A stretch of DNA of 64,000 bases from NCBI GenBank assembly GCA_965209055.1, contig OZ242374.1, forward strand, positions 3,520,001-3,584,000, given 5' to 3'. This stretch comes from Acidobacteriota bacterium. GTDB lineage: Bacteria > Acidobacteriota > UBA6911 > RPQK01 > JAJDTT01. The position numbers and the translations under genes are program-made. The number at the start of each line of letters is the position of its first letter. Positions within the stretch are counted from its first letter, which is position 1. Positions 27,956-38,248 of this stretch are shown here, one piece after another. The notes beneath the pieces are model-generated. The model ran no database searches. It worked only from the letters and a program-made list of their open reading frames with translations, and had not been told where the DNA came from.

Positions 27956-29721
27956 GTTTCGGAGCCAACGCCGATCTCATCCCGTGAGTCTGGTGACTCA
28001 TTTTTGCCCCTGACCGGAACTCCTGCCGCGGCTGCTGGCGCCGGCTGGTTGGTGCTTCCTTCCTCCACCACGACGATCTGACGGGGTTGAAGCTCTCGCA
28101 GATGATCTCGGATTCCACTTGGCCAGTGAACCGTGATCTCGACCTTGCCCTGATATTCTCCCAGGCCGAAGTGAACTCGATAGTCGCTGGCCGAAAGATA
28201 GCTGCCGGCTGAGGTGACCTGCGAAACCAGGCGTTTCTCGCCAAATTTGCTCTCCACCAGAGCCCCGTAACCATTTCGATTCGATTTCTTGCCGACCAGT
28301 CTCAATTGCAGCCAGGCATTTTCGTTGCCTCCCTCGTTGCGCAACAGCACCGGGCTTCCGCCGCAATTGCTGACCAGCACGTCCAGGTCGCCGTCGTTGT
28401 CGTAATCGGCCCAGGCCAGCCCCCGGCTGACCTGGGGAACCGTCAATACTTCGCCACGCTCAGAGGTGACGTCCTCGTACAGGCCGCCGACGTTCTCCAG
28501 CAGAAGTTTGGGTTGCCGGTAAGATGCCCCTGCTCTCAGTTGGGCCGCGTTGTCCATAATGTGGCCATTGGCGACAACCAGGTCCGGATCCGAATCATTG
28601 TCCACGTCGATCAAACCCAGACCGAAACCCACAAAGGGCCGGCTGGGAGCCAGAACACCGGCACGGGAGCTCATGTCTTCGAAAAAGCCGTCACCCATGT
28701 TCTTGTAGAGGGCCAGGTATTCCAGGTCCAGATTGGTCACCGCCAGATCGAGAAGCCCGTCCCCGTCGTAGTCTCCAGCGACGACTCCCATGCCTGCCTG
28801 CGGCTCCCCGTTCTCGTCCAGAGCGGTTCCGGTCAACAGCCCCACCTCGGAAAAGGATCCATCTCCCTGGTTCCTGAAGAGGAAATTGTCGACTCCGTCG
28901 TTGGCCACGTAAATGTCGACCAGGCCGTCCCGGTCAAAATCCAGTGGCGCCACCCCCAGACCCTTCCCCGCAAACTGAGCCACGCGAGCCTTGTGACCCA
29001 CCTCGGCAAAGGTGCCGTCGCCCTGGTTTCGATAGAGGACGTCAGGGACGCCATTGAAGGCCTCGGGACCACAGGTGGCCACCATGGGTCCGTGTTTGCA
29101 GATCGGATTGTTTTTATCAAGTGAATGATCTGTGTAACCCACGACATAGAGATCCAGGAAACCGTCATTGTCATAGTCGAAGAAGGCGGCACTCGAGCTC
29201 CATCGTCCGTCGCCTCCCACACCCGCCGCCAGCGACCGGTTGCTAAAGGTTCCGTTTCCGTTGTTGCGATAGAGGAGATCAGGACCGGCAAAATTGGTGA
29301 TGAAGAGATCGTCGAATCCGTCGTTGTCGTAATCGCCGACGGCGACGCCCATTCCGTAGTACCGGTTGGATTCAATTCCGGCCTGGGCGGTCACCTTCCG
29401 GAAGGTGCCGTCACCCCGGTTTCGATAAAGGGAGTGATCGAAGGAGAGGTCCCTGTCGGTACCCGGAGTCCAACCGCCGTTGATGAGCAGAATGTCCTGG
29501 TAGCCATCTCTGTCAAAGTCGATAAAACCGCATCCTGATCCCACCGTTGCTACGGCGTATCTCTTGGGAGTCGGCGAATTTTGGTGCAGGAAACGGATAC
29601 CGGCTTGTGCGGTCACATCCTGAAAGGTGATTGAGGAGCCGGAGTCGGGAGCTTCACCCAGGGCCCAGGCTTCGACGGCCAGCAGCGGGAAAAGCACTGC
29701 GGTCGAGAGTCGACGCCGCAT
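27940..29721 (-). CDS. CRTAC1-family FG-GAP repeat protein with ASPIC/UnbV domain
   Basis: Multiple DYDNDG..DL repeats; C-terminal SNRNGYGA..GSYLS....HFGLG...WPSG. Confidence 0.92.
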   Translation of the reverse strand: MRRRLSTAVLFPLLAVEAWALGEAPDSGSSITFQDVTAQAGIRFLHQNSPTPKRYAVATVGSGCGFIDFDRDGYQDILLINGGWTPGTDRDLSFDHSLYRNRGDGTFRKVTAQAGIESNRYYGMGVAVGDYDNDGFDDLFITNFAGPDLLYRNNGNGTFSNRSLAAGVGGDGRWSSSAAFFDYDNDGFLDLYVVGYTDHSLDKNNPICKHGPMVATCGPEAFNGVPDVLYRNQGDGTFAEVGHKARVAQFAGKGLGVAPLDFDRDGLVDIYVANDGVDNFLFRNQGDGSFSEVGLLTGTALDENGEPQAGMGVVAGDYDGDGLLDLAVTNLDLEYLALYKNMGDGFFEDMSSRAGVLAPSRPFVGFGLGLIDVDNDSDPDLVVANGHIMDNAAQLRAGASYRQPKLLLENVGGLYEDVTSERGEVLTVPQVSRGLAWADYDNDGDLDVLVSNCGGSPVLLRNEGGNENAWLQLRLVGKKSNRNGYGALVESKFGEKRLVSQVTSAGSYLSASDYRVHFGLGEYQGKVEITVHWPSGIRDHLRELQPRQIVVVEEGSTNQPAPAAAAGVPVRGKNESPDSRDEIGVGSETHSPN

Positions 29722-31206
29722 TTAATCGGGTTTCCTTCCGCCGGACAGCCGGAAGTAGATCTCTTTTTCTCTTTCGGCTTCCTGAGCGGCCCCGATCTTG
29801 GGCAGCGTCGTGGCCAGATTCAAGTGCGGGATGGGGTCGTCCGGGTCCATTTCCACGGCCCGGCGATAAGCCTGGACGGCGCCCCGAAAGTCATCCCGTT
29901 TGAAGAGCAGATTGCCCAGGAAGTTGTGGAACTCTGCATTCGTCGGGTTCAATTCGATGGCCGTCCTGACGGCGTCGAGGGAGCCGGCCACATGAGTCTG
30001 CTCCAGGAGTCTGGCCAGCACGAAGTGGTACCGCGCGTCAAGCGGATACACCTGAATCGCCTGGCGAATCCAATCGGCCGCACGTTGGCGGTTCCCCCTT
30101 TCGGTATCGATTTGGGCCAATCGATAGAAACCCAGATCCATGTCGGGGGAAGCCTCAACGGATTCGAGGAAGACCGCATACGCCTTCTCCGGCGCAGCCT
30201 GCTTGGACAAGAGGTCCATTCCCTGCGCGTATAGCCTTGGGCCTCTGTTCTCCACCGCCAGCCGTTCCCGGGCGGCCGTCCTCAGAGATTGGAATCGTTT
30301 CAGAGCGGCTGCCGCTTTCTCCTTCATCCCCAATTTGCGGAATGCATCCGCCAGCAGAAAATGGGGTTCCACATAGTCCGGGCTGCCTTGCAAAGCCAGC
30401 TCCAGATGTTCCACCGCTTTCTCATGCTCCCCCAGTTTGAGGAGTACAAAGCCCAGGTTCTTGTGAACGTCCGGTCGAACCAATCCTGACGAGATCGCCA
30501 GCTCCAGGTGCTCAACGGCCAGGCCAAAGGTCTTGTGATCGGCGCTGTACAGTAAACCCAACTCCAGGCGGGCCTCGGCGAACGAGGGGGCCAGGGCAAC
30601 GGCCTGCTCCAATGCAGCTTGCGATTCCTCGAATTGCATCAGCCCCTTGTGGCTGACTCCCAGGAGGTAATGTCCGTAGCTGTCGCCGGGGTCCAGCGTG
30701 AGGCCCTTCCGAGCCAGAGCCAGCGCCTGATCATGCTGGCCCTCCCGGACGTATATCCGGCACAGGAAGCGAATACCGGGGAGAGACTCCGGATGCCGTT
30801 CCAGAAAGGCCCGCAGCACTTGAATGGCTTCTCTGGCTTGCTTACAGTGGAACAAAACCGAGGCTAGGGCGAGCGGATAAAGATCCGAGTCCTCATCCAG
30901 GTGTCTGCTCTTCCAATATTGGGCGATGGCTTTCCGGAACTGATTTTGGGCCTGGTAGAGGATTCCCAACTGGTAATTGAGCATGGGATCCTGAGGGTCC
31001 GAGCGGAGACGATCCTGCAACACCCGCGCAGCCTGCTCCGGTGATTTCTGCTCAAACGCCCACTTGGGGAGCGTCTGGTTCGCCGCGCCGCAGACTTCTT
31101 GGGAGCGGATGGTCCAGGAATCCCCGGATCGATTCTGCTGAGACCGGGCCCCGGTCCCAGCCAGAATGAGGAAGACCAACAGGCTGGACGCAATAACAGG
31201 CCGCAC
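29722..31206 (-). CDS. Tetratricopeptide repeat protein, secreted
   Basis: Tandem TPR motifs (A..LG...A...LDP); ends immediately before the CRTAC1 ATG; start uncertain (31206-31386). Confidence 0.85.
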   Translation of the reverse strand: MRPVIASSLLVFLILAGTGARSQQNRSGDSWTIRSQEVCGAANQTLPKWAFEQKSPEQAARVLQDRLRSDPQDPMLNYQLGILYQAQNQFRKAIAQYWKSRHLDEDSDLYPLALASVLFHCKQAREAIQVLRAFLERHPESLPGIRFLCRIYVREGQHDQALALARKGLTLDPGDSYGHYLLGVSHKGLMQFEESQAALEQAVALAPSFAEARLELGLLYSADHKTFGLAVEHLELAISSGLVRPDVHKNLGFVLLKLGEHEKAVEHLELALQGSPDYVEPHFLLADAFRKLGMKEKAAAALKRFQSLRTAARERLAVENRGPRLYAQGMDLLSKQAAPEKAYAVFLESVEASPDMDLGFYRLAQIDTERGNRQRAADWIRQAIQVYPLDARYHFVLARLLEQTHVAGSLDAVRTAIELNPTNAEFHNFLGNLLFKRDDFRGAVQAYRRAVEMDPDDPIPHLNLATTLPKIGAAQEAEREKEIYFRLSGGRKPD

Positions 31207-31526
31207 CGAATATCTCGGGCCCTGCCTGCATCGTCGCAACAGCCCGTTTCGTTCGAGGCTGTCCGTGACCGGAATCCGGTGCGAGAACAGATCGCGCGCG
31301 AAGGATGGGTGATTCCCCATAATATGTTGACAATACCTGGAAGGGCCGGTGGTGAGAGCCCCGCGGCGAAACGCGATTTTCACCACTCACTACTCTCTAG
31401 CATACAACTGTGGGGGTCGAATCAGCCATAGACTCGGGGAGAGCCAGTGTTGCCGAATTGTTCGACCTTCAAGCGATCCATATCCGCACCATGTAGCGGT
31501 CTTCCACGTCCAGAAGGGAACATCAC

Positions 31527-33653
31527 ATGAAGCCGCATGCAGCACTTCTTCTGTTTTGCGCCTTGCCGGTATTGACGACAGTGGACGCTTGGGCTGAGTT
31601 CAGGGCCGGGGCAGCGGTGGTGGACGTGACGCCCCTGCAGCTCCCGGTCGTCGTCAACGGCGGCCTCGTCGCCCGCACCGTCGACCAGGTGAAGACCCCA
31701 TTGAATGCACGGGCGATCGTGCTCGACGACGGACGGGTGCGTCTCGGGATGGTGGTTGTCGACAGTTGTTTTATGCAGCGTCCGTTCTTGGATGAGGTGA
31801 AGCAACTGGCGGCACGGCGAACCAAGATCCGAACCGATCGGATGCTCATCTCGGCGACGCATACGCACTCCGCGCCGTCGGTCGCGGATAGCATGGTGCA
31901 CGCTGACCCGACTTACCTGCCCTATCTTCCGGGGAGGATCGCTCAAGCCCTGGCCGAGGCGGAAGCCAACCTCGAACCCGCTCAAGTGGGCTGGGCGATC
32001 GTGAACGCCGAGAAATTCACGGCCACGCGGCGCTGGATTCGCCGGCCGGATCGAATTGCCGACGACGTATTCGGCAACCCCACCGTACGCGCGACCATGC
32101 ACGCCGCCAGCAACTGGGACAACGTCACCGGCCCCTCCGGTCCGGAGGATCCGGACCTGTCGCTGATTTCCTTTCAAGCGTTGGACGGCCGCCCGATCGC
32201 GGTGCTGGCCAACTTTTCCATGCACTACTTTTCGGGCGAGCAGGGCCTCAGCGCGGACTACTTCGGATTGTTCTGCGAAGGGCTGAAGTCCCATCTTGGC
32301 AACGACCATGCCGACAGCGATCCTCCCTTCGTCGGGATCATGTCGCACGGCTGTAGCGGAGATATCTGGCGGCGCGACTACGCAAAACCCCAGGCCTCCA
32401 GGTATGAGCCTACGATCGAAGGTTACTCGGCGGAGATGGTGGACCTCGTCCTCGGTGCCTATGGCACGATCGAATATCGCGAGGATCCGGACTTGGCCAT
32501 GGCCGAGAAGCGACTGGAACTCAAGTATCGCGTCCCGGACGGACAGCGCCTGGAGTGGGCCCGCCGGATGGTCGAAGCGATGGGAGACCGGATCCCCAAA
32601 GTGAGCGTGGAAGCCTACGCTCGTGAGCAAATCGTCATGCACGAACGGCAGTCGACCGAAATCGTGGTCCAGGCCGTCCGCATCGGCGACATCGCAGTCG
32701 CAACGACTCCCACCGAAACCTATGCCCTCACCGGCTTGAAGCTGAAGCTGCAGAGCCCGCTGCCGAAGACCATGGTCATGGACTTGACCAACGGCGGGGA
32801 TGGCTACATTCCGCCACCCGAACAGCATTTTCTCGGAGGCTACAACACGTGGGCGAAACGCGGGGCCGGACTGGAGATCGAGGCCGAGCCGAAAATCACC
32901 GAAGTCGCCCTCCAGTTGTTGGAAACAGTGGCCGCCAGACCCCGGCGTCCGTACCGACAGAGCCGAGGTCCCGCCTTCGACCTCCTCCTGAAGGCCGGAC
33001 CCGCGGCCTATTGGAGACTCGATGAATTCACCGGTTCACGGGCCCTGGATTCGTCCGGCCGGGATCGTGACGCGCTGTACGAGCCGGGCGTCGCGTTCTT
33101 CCTCGAGGGTCCGCGCTCGGAGGCTTACTGCCGGGACAATGAGCAGAATCGAGCGGCCCACTTTGCCGGAGGACGGCTGCGTGCGCGAATTGCCGGTCTG
33201 GGCGACCGGTACTCCGTGGCCCTCTGGTTCTGGAATGGGATGCCGACGGATGCACGCGAGGTCAGCGGCTGGATGTTCTCACGGGGGCGGGACCATGGCC
33301 TGGAAGGGGACCACCTCGGCCTGGGAGGCACGAGTCATGCGGGTAAGCTTGTCGTCCTCCGCGGTGAGAACGGAGGGGGAGGAAAGCTGGTGGCGGGTCG
33401 GACGGAGATTCGGCGCTGGACTTGGAATCAGGTTGTGTTCATACGCGACGGTGAAACCGTACGGGTTCATTTGAATGGAGGGCGCCAGCCCGAGATCGAG
33501 ACCGAGTCAACCGCAGGTTTTCCCGTCCCGTTCGACCAGTTTTTCTTCGGCGGCCGCTGCGACAATCGGTCCAATTGGGAAGGCCGTCTCGACGAGGTCG
33601 CGGTGTTCGACCGGGCCCTGTCGGCGGAAGAGATCGAGCAGATGGCTCGTTGA
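31527..33653 (+). CDS. Neutral/alkaline ceramidase-like hydrolase fused to a LamG domain
   Basis: AGAA.VDVTP, ISATHTHSAP, NFSMHY, SADYFG, NGGDGYIPP; C-terminal AYWRLDE...GRLDEVAVFDRAL. Confidence 0.8.
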   Translation: MKPHAALLLFCALPVLTTVDAWAEFRAGAAVVDVTPLQLPVVVNGGLVARTVDQVKTPLNARAIVLDDGRVRLGMVVVDSCFMQRPFLDEVKQLAARRTKIRTDRMLISATHTHSAPSVADSMVHADPTYLPYLPGRIAQALAEAEANLEPAQVGWAIVNAEKFTATRRWIRRPDRIADDVFGNPTVRATMHAASNWDNVTGPSGPEDPDLSLISFQALDGRPIAVLANFSMHYFSGEQGLSADYFGLFCEGLKSHLGNDHADSDPPFVGIMSHGCSGDIWRRDYAKPQASRYEPTIEGYSAEMVDLVLGAYGTIEYREDPDLAMAEKRLELKYRVPDGQRLEWARRMVEAMGDRIPKVSVEAYAREQIVMHERQSTEIVVQAVRIGDIAVATTPTETYALTGLKLKLQSPLPKTMVMDLTNGGDGYIPPPEQHFLGGYNTWAKRGAGLEIEAEPKITEVALQLLETVAARPRRPYRQSRGPAFDLLLKAGPAAYWRLDEFTGSRALDSSGRDRDALYEPGVAFFLEGPRSEAYCRDNEQNRAAHFAGGRLRARIAGLGDRYSVALWFWNGMPTDAREVSGWMFSRGRDHGLEGDHLGLGGTSHAGKLVVLRGENGGGGKLVAGRTEIRRWTWNQVVFIRDGETVRVHLNGGRQPEIETESTAGFPVPFDQFFFGGRCDNRSNWEGRLDEVAVFDRALSAEEIEQMAR

Positions 33654-33737
33654 CCGCCGAGCCTTTACTCCTGCACCCGTTGGAAGGCGGGAAGCTTGGC
33701 CTTGTCCGGATGTAATTTCAATTGAATGGGTTTTCCA

Positions 33738-35291
33738 ATGAACCAGACAAGAAGAGAGTTCCTGCAATCTGCGGCGCTGGGGTTCACGGCCCTGGCTCCC
33801 TTGACTTCCTGCGCCGGCAAGCAAGGGAGGCAGACCTTGATCGACGTCGGCTCGCGGCGCGAGCTGTTTGTCGACGACTTTCTCATTGAACGGTTTGAGG
33901 GGAAGGCCGAAACGAGGCTGCACCACCCCATTCCGCGTGAGATCGCACTTGTCCACGATGCGCCTTGGGAAGGCACCAGCAGTGGTTATCATACCGTTTT
34001 TCAGGATGGCGACCTCTACCGGATGTACTATCGCGGGTCACAGCTCGAGGTGAAAGACGGCCGACTCATCACGAATCGCCACAAAACGGTCTATTGCTAC
34101 GCGGAGAGCCGGGACGGAATCGTTTGGAAGAAACCGGTCCTGGGCCGGTTTGAGTTCAACGGGTCGAAGCAGAACAACATCGTGTGGGACGGTGTGGGCA
34201 CTCACAACTTCACACCGTTCAAGGACACTCGCCCGAACTGTCCTGCCGAGGCCCTCTACAAGGGGCTGGGAGGGCTCCGAGGAGAAGGCGGCCTGTTCGC
34301 ATTCAAGTCGCCTGACGGTATCCATTGGTCGCTGATGAGCGACACCCCGGTCATTACCAACGGAGCGTTCGATTCCCAGAATCTGGCTTTCTGGGATCCG
34401 GCACTTGGGAAGTACCGGGCTTACTGGCGGACTTTCACGCAGGGGACCACGACGGAAAAGGTCTGGAAGCCGGCCGGCCACCGAGCCATCCGCACGGGAT
34501 CATCCAGCGACTTCCTCAACTGGGGTGACGAAGCCGACCTGACCTACGAGGACTCGCCCGACGAGCATCTCTACACGAATCAGGTCAAACCCTACTACCG
34601 GGCGCCGCACATCCTGATCGGCTTTCCGGTGCGTTATATCGAACGTGGCTGGTCCGATTCGATGCGTGCCTTGCCGGAGCGTGAACACCGCGAAATGCGA
34701 GCCGAGGCCAACCTGCGATACGGGACGGCGATCACGGAAGCGCTGCTCATGGCCAGCCGCGACGGCGTGAGATTCAAACGGTGGAACGAAGCCTTCCTGC
34801 GTCCCGGAATCGAGCGGCAGGACACCTGGAACTACAGCCAGCAGTTCACGGCTTGGCATGTCGTCGAAACCAGGTCGGAACTCAAGGGAGCGCCGAACGA
34901 ACTGTCCCTGTACGCGAAGGAGGGCGGCTGGACCGGGACCAGTTGTGCGATGCGGCGTTACACGCTTCGCCTCGACGGCTTCGTCTCGGTGAGCGCCCCC
35001 ATGAGTGGCGGTGTACTGGCGACGAAACCGCTGACCTTTTCGGGACGGGAACTTCGCCTGAATTTCGCCACCTCCGCCGCTGGAAGTATCCGCGTCGCAC
35101 TGCGGCGTCCCGACGGATCGCCGATACCGGGATACTCAATGGCGGACTGCAATGAAGTCTTCGGTGACACGCTTGACCGTGCCGTCACCTGGAAATCGGG
35201 CAGCAATGCCGGCAGGTTGGCCGGAAAGCCGGTTCGGCTCCACTTCCAATTGAAAGATGCGGATCTGTATGCGTTTCAGTTTGTGGCTTGA
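33738..35291 (+). CDS. Tat-exported orphan GH-like beta-propeller protein (close paralog of 26396-27955)
   Basis: TRREFL; RRELFVDD, GAFDSQN, LRLDGF, LYAFQF. Confidence 0.75.
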   Translation: MNQTRREFLQSAALGFTALAPLTSCAGKQGRQTLIDVGSRRELFVDDFLIERFEGKAETRLHHPIPREIALVHDAPWEGTSSGYHTVFQDGDLYRMYYRGSQLEVKDGRLITNRHKTVYCYAESRDGIVWKKPVLGRFEFNGSKQNNIVWDGVGTHNFTPFKDTRPNCPAEALYKGLGGLRGEGGLFAFKSPDGIHWSLMSDTPVITNGAFDSQNLAFWDPALGKYRAYWRTFTQGTTTEKVWKPAGHRAIRTGSSSDFLNWGDEADLTYEDSPDEHLYTNQVKPYYRAPHILIGFPVRYIERGWSDSMRALPEREHREMRAEANLRYGTAITEALLMASRDGVRFKRWNEAFLRPGIERQDTWNYSQQFTAWHVVETRSELKGAPNELSLYAKEGGWTGTSCAMRRYTLRLDGFVSVSAPMSGGVLATKPLTFSGRELRLNFATSAAGSIRVALRRPDGSPIPGYSMADCNEVFGDTLDRAVTWKSGSNAGRLAGKPVRLHFQLKDADLYAFQFVA

Positions 35292-35309
35292 CGCGCCCCA
35301 TTCGCTCGA

Positions 35310-36389
35310 TCACGGCGTTTGTTTTTCCAGGCGCCATCCCGACCCGTCGGCGCTGAGGGCCCGGTGACCCCGGTAGCGGTCGTTCACGGCGTGCATTTCC
35401 TCGATGCTGTCAAAGTAGCCGACGATGAAGGCGGCGCTGAAGGATTCTCCGGCCTTGATCGGCCGGCCCCCGATCTCATGGATGAAGATCACGATCCCGG
35501 GCCGCTGGTTGCACCACGATTCGTAGACGACGGATGGTTCGAGTGTGATGCCTGCCAGCCACGGACCCTGTTGGCCCGTTTTCGGATCGCGCAAGCGGTA
35601 GGCGCGGATGAAATGCTCCGGCATTTCGTGCGTGTCTCGCCGGTAGTTGAATTTCTCGTCGGGCGGGAAGACGTCGTAGAACTCGCTGGGCGGGATCCGC
35701 AACCCTTCCGGACCCCCCAGGTAACTGAGATAGATCTCGCTGAAGGTCTCGCCGCGCCGGTGGCGGACACAGCCCGGCATGTCGATGCGGAGGAACATTT
35801 CGTCCGAGTCGTTGACGCTGTCGATCCGGTCCATCGAGAAGAAGTAGCGCTTGCCTTGCGGGAACACCAGTAGCTGAGTCCATTTCGATCCGGCGTTGTA
35901 GCCGGGGGCGGCGTACTCGTAGCGGTAGGTCGTCTTTACGGCGACGAAATCTCTGCCCCGGATGACCTGGGGTTGGACCGGCTTCATCCTGTGGCAGAGC
36001 TGGGGCCCCTCGAGGATGCGCTTGGCCCGCTTCCCGTGATTGTCGTTGTTGTAGCGGTAAGGAACCGTCTCCGTCCCTTGCTCCTGCCAGGCCGCGTCGC
36101 TGCCGGGCTCCATGATCCAGTCCACGATGCAAAGTCCGTCGCCGGCTTCGCGAAAGCCGGTGCTCTTGTCGAGAAACGATCCCTTTTCGATGCCGGTCAT
36201 CCATTGCTTGGGGTTCTTCTTGGGGATGACGGCTTCGAGCTGGTTGGTCTCGATCCTGATGGTGGTGTCGTCTTCGGTAATCCGCGCCCACGGCGTCTGG
36301 CCCGCCGGCTCGGCCGGCAGCGTTCCGGCGCCGGCCAGCGCCATGAGGGTCAGCGCAATCAACGGTTGAGATGAGCGATGGGTTGGCAT
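35310..36389 (-). CDS. Secreted hypothetical protein
   Basis: Signal peptide, coding-like composition; follows 36461-38137 on the same strand; no family recognised. Confidence 0.7.
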   Translation of the reverse strand: MPTHRSSQPLIALTLMALAGAGTLPAEPAGQTPWARITEDDTTIRIETNQLEAVIPKKNPKQWMTGIEKGSFLDKSTGFREAGDGLCIVDWIMEPGSDAAWQEQGTETVPYRYNNDNHGKRAKRILEGPQLCHRMKPVQPQVIRGRDFVAVKTTYRYEYAAPGYNAGSKWTQLLVFPQGKRYFFSMDRIDSVNDSDEMFLRIDMPGCVRHRRGETFSEIYLSYLGGPEGLRIPPSEFYDVFPPDEKFNYRRDTHEMPEHFIRAYRLRDPKTGQQGPWLAGITLEPSVVYESWCNQRPGIVIFIHEIGGRPIKAGESFSAAFIVGYFDSIEEMHAVNDRYRGHRALSADGSGWRLEKQTP

Positions 36390-36460
36390 GGATGTTTCCC
36401 TCGTCGATCGGTCAGGTTGAGACGTCCCGGTTGGAATTGATCCCGAAGTCGAAGTCCCTT

Positions 36461-38137
36461 TCACTGCCTGAACTGAAAGGCGTAAAGGTCGGTATCATTC
36501 ATGACGAACCGGAGTTTGACCGGCTTTCCGGAGAGGCGACTCACGTCCGACTCCCGGCGCCAGGTGACAATCCGGTTCATCTCGTTGGTGGTGTGAATGC
36601 GGTCACAGTCCGCCAGTCGAAAACCTTCCAGGGGATTGTCGAACTCGTCCAGTATTTCCACCCGGAGCGTGCCCAATGCTGAGGTGTCGACGTTCAAGGC
36701 CAACTCACTACCCTCAAATGTCAGGACGGGGGTGGTGAACTGCCCTCCCGGATACGATGCTCGAACCGAGATGAACCCGTCCCTGCGCAGGACCAGCCGG
36801 CTGAGGGCTCGAATGTTGCGAATCGGACCCAGCCCCTCCCTTCGAACCGCTTCGCCTTGAGGCTGAAAGCCCCAGGCATGGATCTGATCGCTGCCGCTGT
36901 AGTACATGTACATCTCGCGCCCGTTGAGAGCGGGAACCAGCCCGAGAATCATGTAGTTGGACTTGGAATCGAATTCGCCCTTCATACCCAGGTCCACAAA
37001 GGCGCGGCGGTCGTACCGCTGCCATTCAATGCCATCCCGACTCGCTGCGAAACGGATGTCCAATGGTCCGGTGTTGGCCGCCGTCTGACCTTCCCGGGGC
37101 ATGGTCTCTCCCTGCTTGTCCCAGAAAGATTCAAAGTCGAAGACCGAATCGTTTTCGAATTCGCGGAGGAACCTGCTGTGGTAGTGGTAATAGGCCGAGG
37201 GGAACATGTAGTAGGCATCCTGGGCCCAGGGATACTTCACCGTGGCGTTCGTATACAGATCCATGACCTGGACGTTGCGGTCTTCCCTCGAATCGTAGTG
37301 GTGGGGATCCAGGTGATCCACAGCCAGGACGACAGGGGTCGCTTCGGCATTCAAGAACCGTTCGAGACGGCCCGATTCGCTGCGGGCCACGGCCCTGCCC
37401 TGGGATCCGGGAGGACGCAGGTTTCGCCGGATGTAGGCCACATACTTGTGGATGCGGTCATCCCAGAAGATCACATTTTGGGTATCCAGGTGGTGCTTTT
37501 TCGACTCGAAAACGATGACCGATTTGCGGGTGAGGCTCCAGTGGATTCCGTCTGGCGAAGAAAACAGGTGCAGGGCGGAAGCGGGGAGCGCAGGTGGGTT
37601 CCTGACGTAAGCGAGCTGGCGAAATCGCTCTTCGTCAACTGCGTTGGGGTCCAGAAACACGGAGGTGGCAATGAGTTGCTCCTCGAAGCCACCGGCACCG
37701 TAGCCAAGAACGATGTTGTTCTCCTTGCTTCCGAAGATCTCGGCCAGACCCAGCATGGGCTTTTCCCAGCGAATCCCGTCCCGGGAGCGGGCATAAGCCA
37801 GACTCTGAAACCTCCCTTTGTTCCACATCGGTTCGCCGGTGTCGGGATCCCTCTGCTTGGGAGCCCTGGCGCCGTACCAGAGGTGATACACATCTCCGAT
37901 TTTGATGACGGTGGAGGAGCCGGAAATCACGGTTTCCCAGGGGTGTTCCGGCGCAATCGTGAGCTCGTTGGTCTTGATCGGCTGGTGAACGACCAACTCG
38001 ACGCCCTCCGAGACCTCCAGGAAGCGCCCGTCGATGAACACCTGTCTTCGGCCGGCGACATCCAGCGGGTCGCTCTGGGCAGGCAGTGCCGTCGGAACCG
38101 TCAGCATGCCCAGCAGCGCAAACCAGATTGCTCGCAT
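36461..38137 (-). CDS. Secreted orphan GH-like beta-propeller protein
   Basis: GGAGG RBS, signal peptide; RRQVFID, SRDGIRW, DTQN, LRRDGF, LYAFQF. Confidence 0.75.
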   Translation of the reverse strand: MRAIWFALLGMLTVPTALPAQSDPLDVAGRRQVFIDGRFLEVSEGVELVVHQPIKTNELTIAPEHPWETVISGSSTVIKIGDVYHLWYGARAPKQRDPDTGEPMWNKGRFQSLAYARSRDGIRWEKPMLGLAEIFGSKENNIVLGYGAGGFEEQLIATSVFLDPNAVDEERFRQLAYVRNPPALPASALHLFSSPDGIHWSLTRKSVIVFESKKHHLDTQNVIFWDDRIHKYVAYIRRNLRPPGSQGRAVARSESGRLERFLNAEATPVVLAVDHLDPHHYDSREDRNVQVMDLYTNATVKYPWAQDAYYMFPSAYYHYHSRFLREFENDSVFDFESFWDKQGETMPREGQTAANTGPLDIRFAASRDGIEWQRYDRRAFVDLGMKGEFDSKSNYMILGLVPALNGREMYMYYSGSDQIHAWGFQPQGEAVRREGLGPIRNIRALSRLVLRRDGFISVRASYPGGQFTTPVLTFEGSELALNVDTSALGTLRVEILDEFDNPLEGFRLADCDRIHTTNEMNRIVTWRRESDVSRLSGKPVKLRFVMNDTDLYAFQFRQ

Positions 38138-38185
38138 TCCAAGCCTCCTTCCAATCCAAGGTTGGCAAACCTTGCGGGGCCCACC

Positions 38186-38227
38186 AAAAAAGCCGGCCGT
38201 CAAGCCTGACAGCCGGCTTTCTTTTTT
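38186..38227 (-). terminator. Intrinsic terminator after the TonB receptor (possibly bidirectional)
   Basis: AAAAAAGCCGGC-CGTCAAGCCTGACA-GCCGGCTTTCTTTTTT hairpin with A/T tracts on both sides. Confidence 0.75.
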
Positions 38228-38248
38228 CCGGTTGCAACCGGGCCCGGT

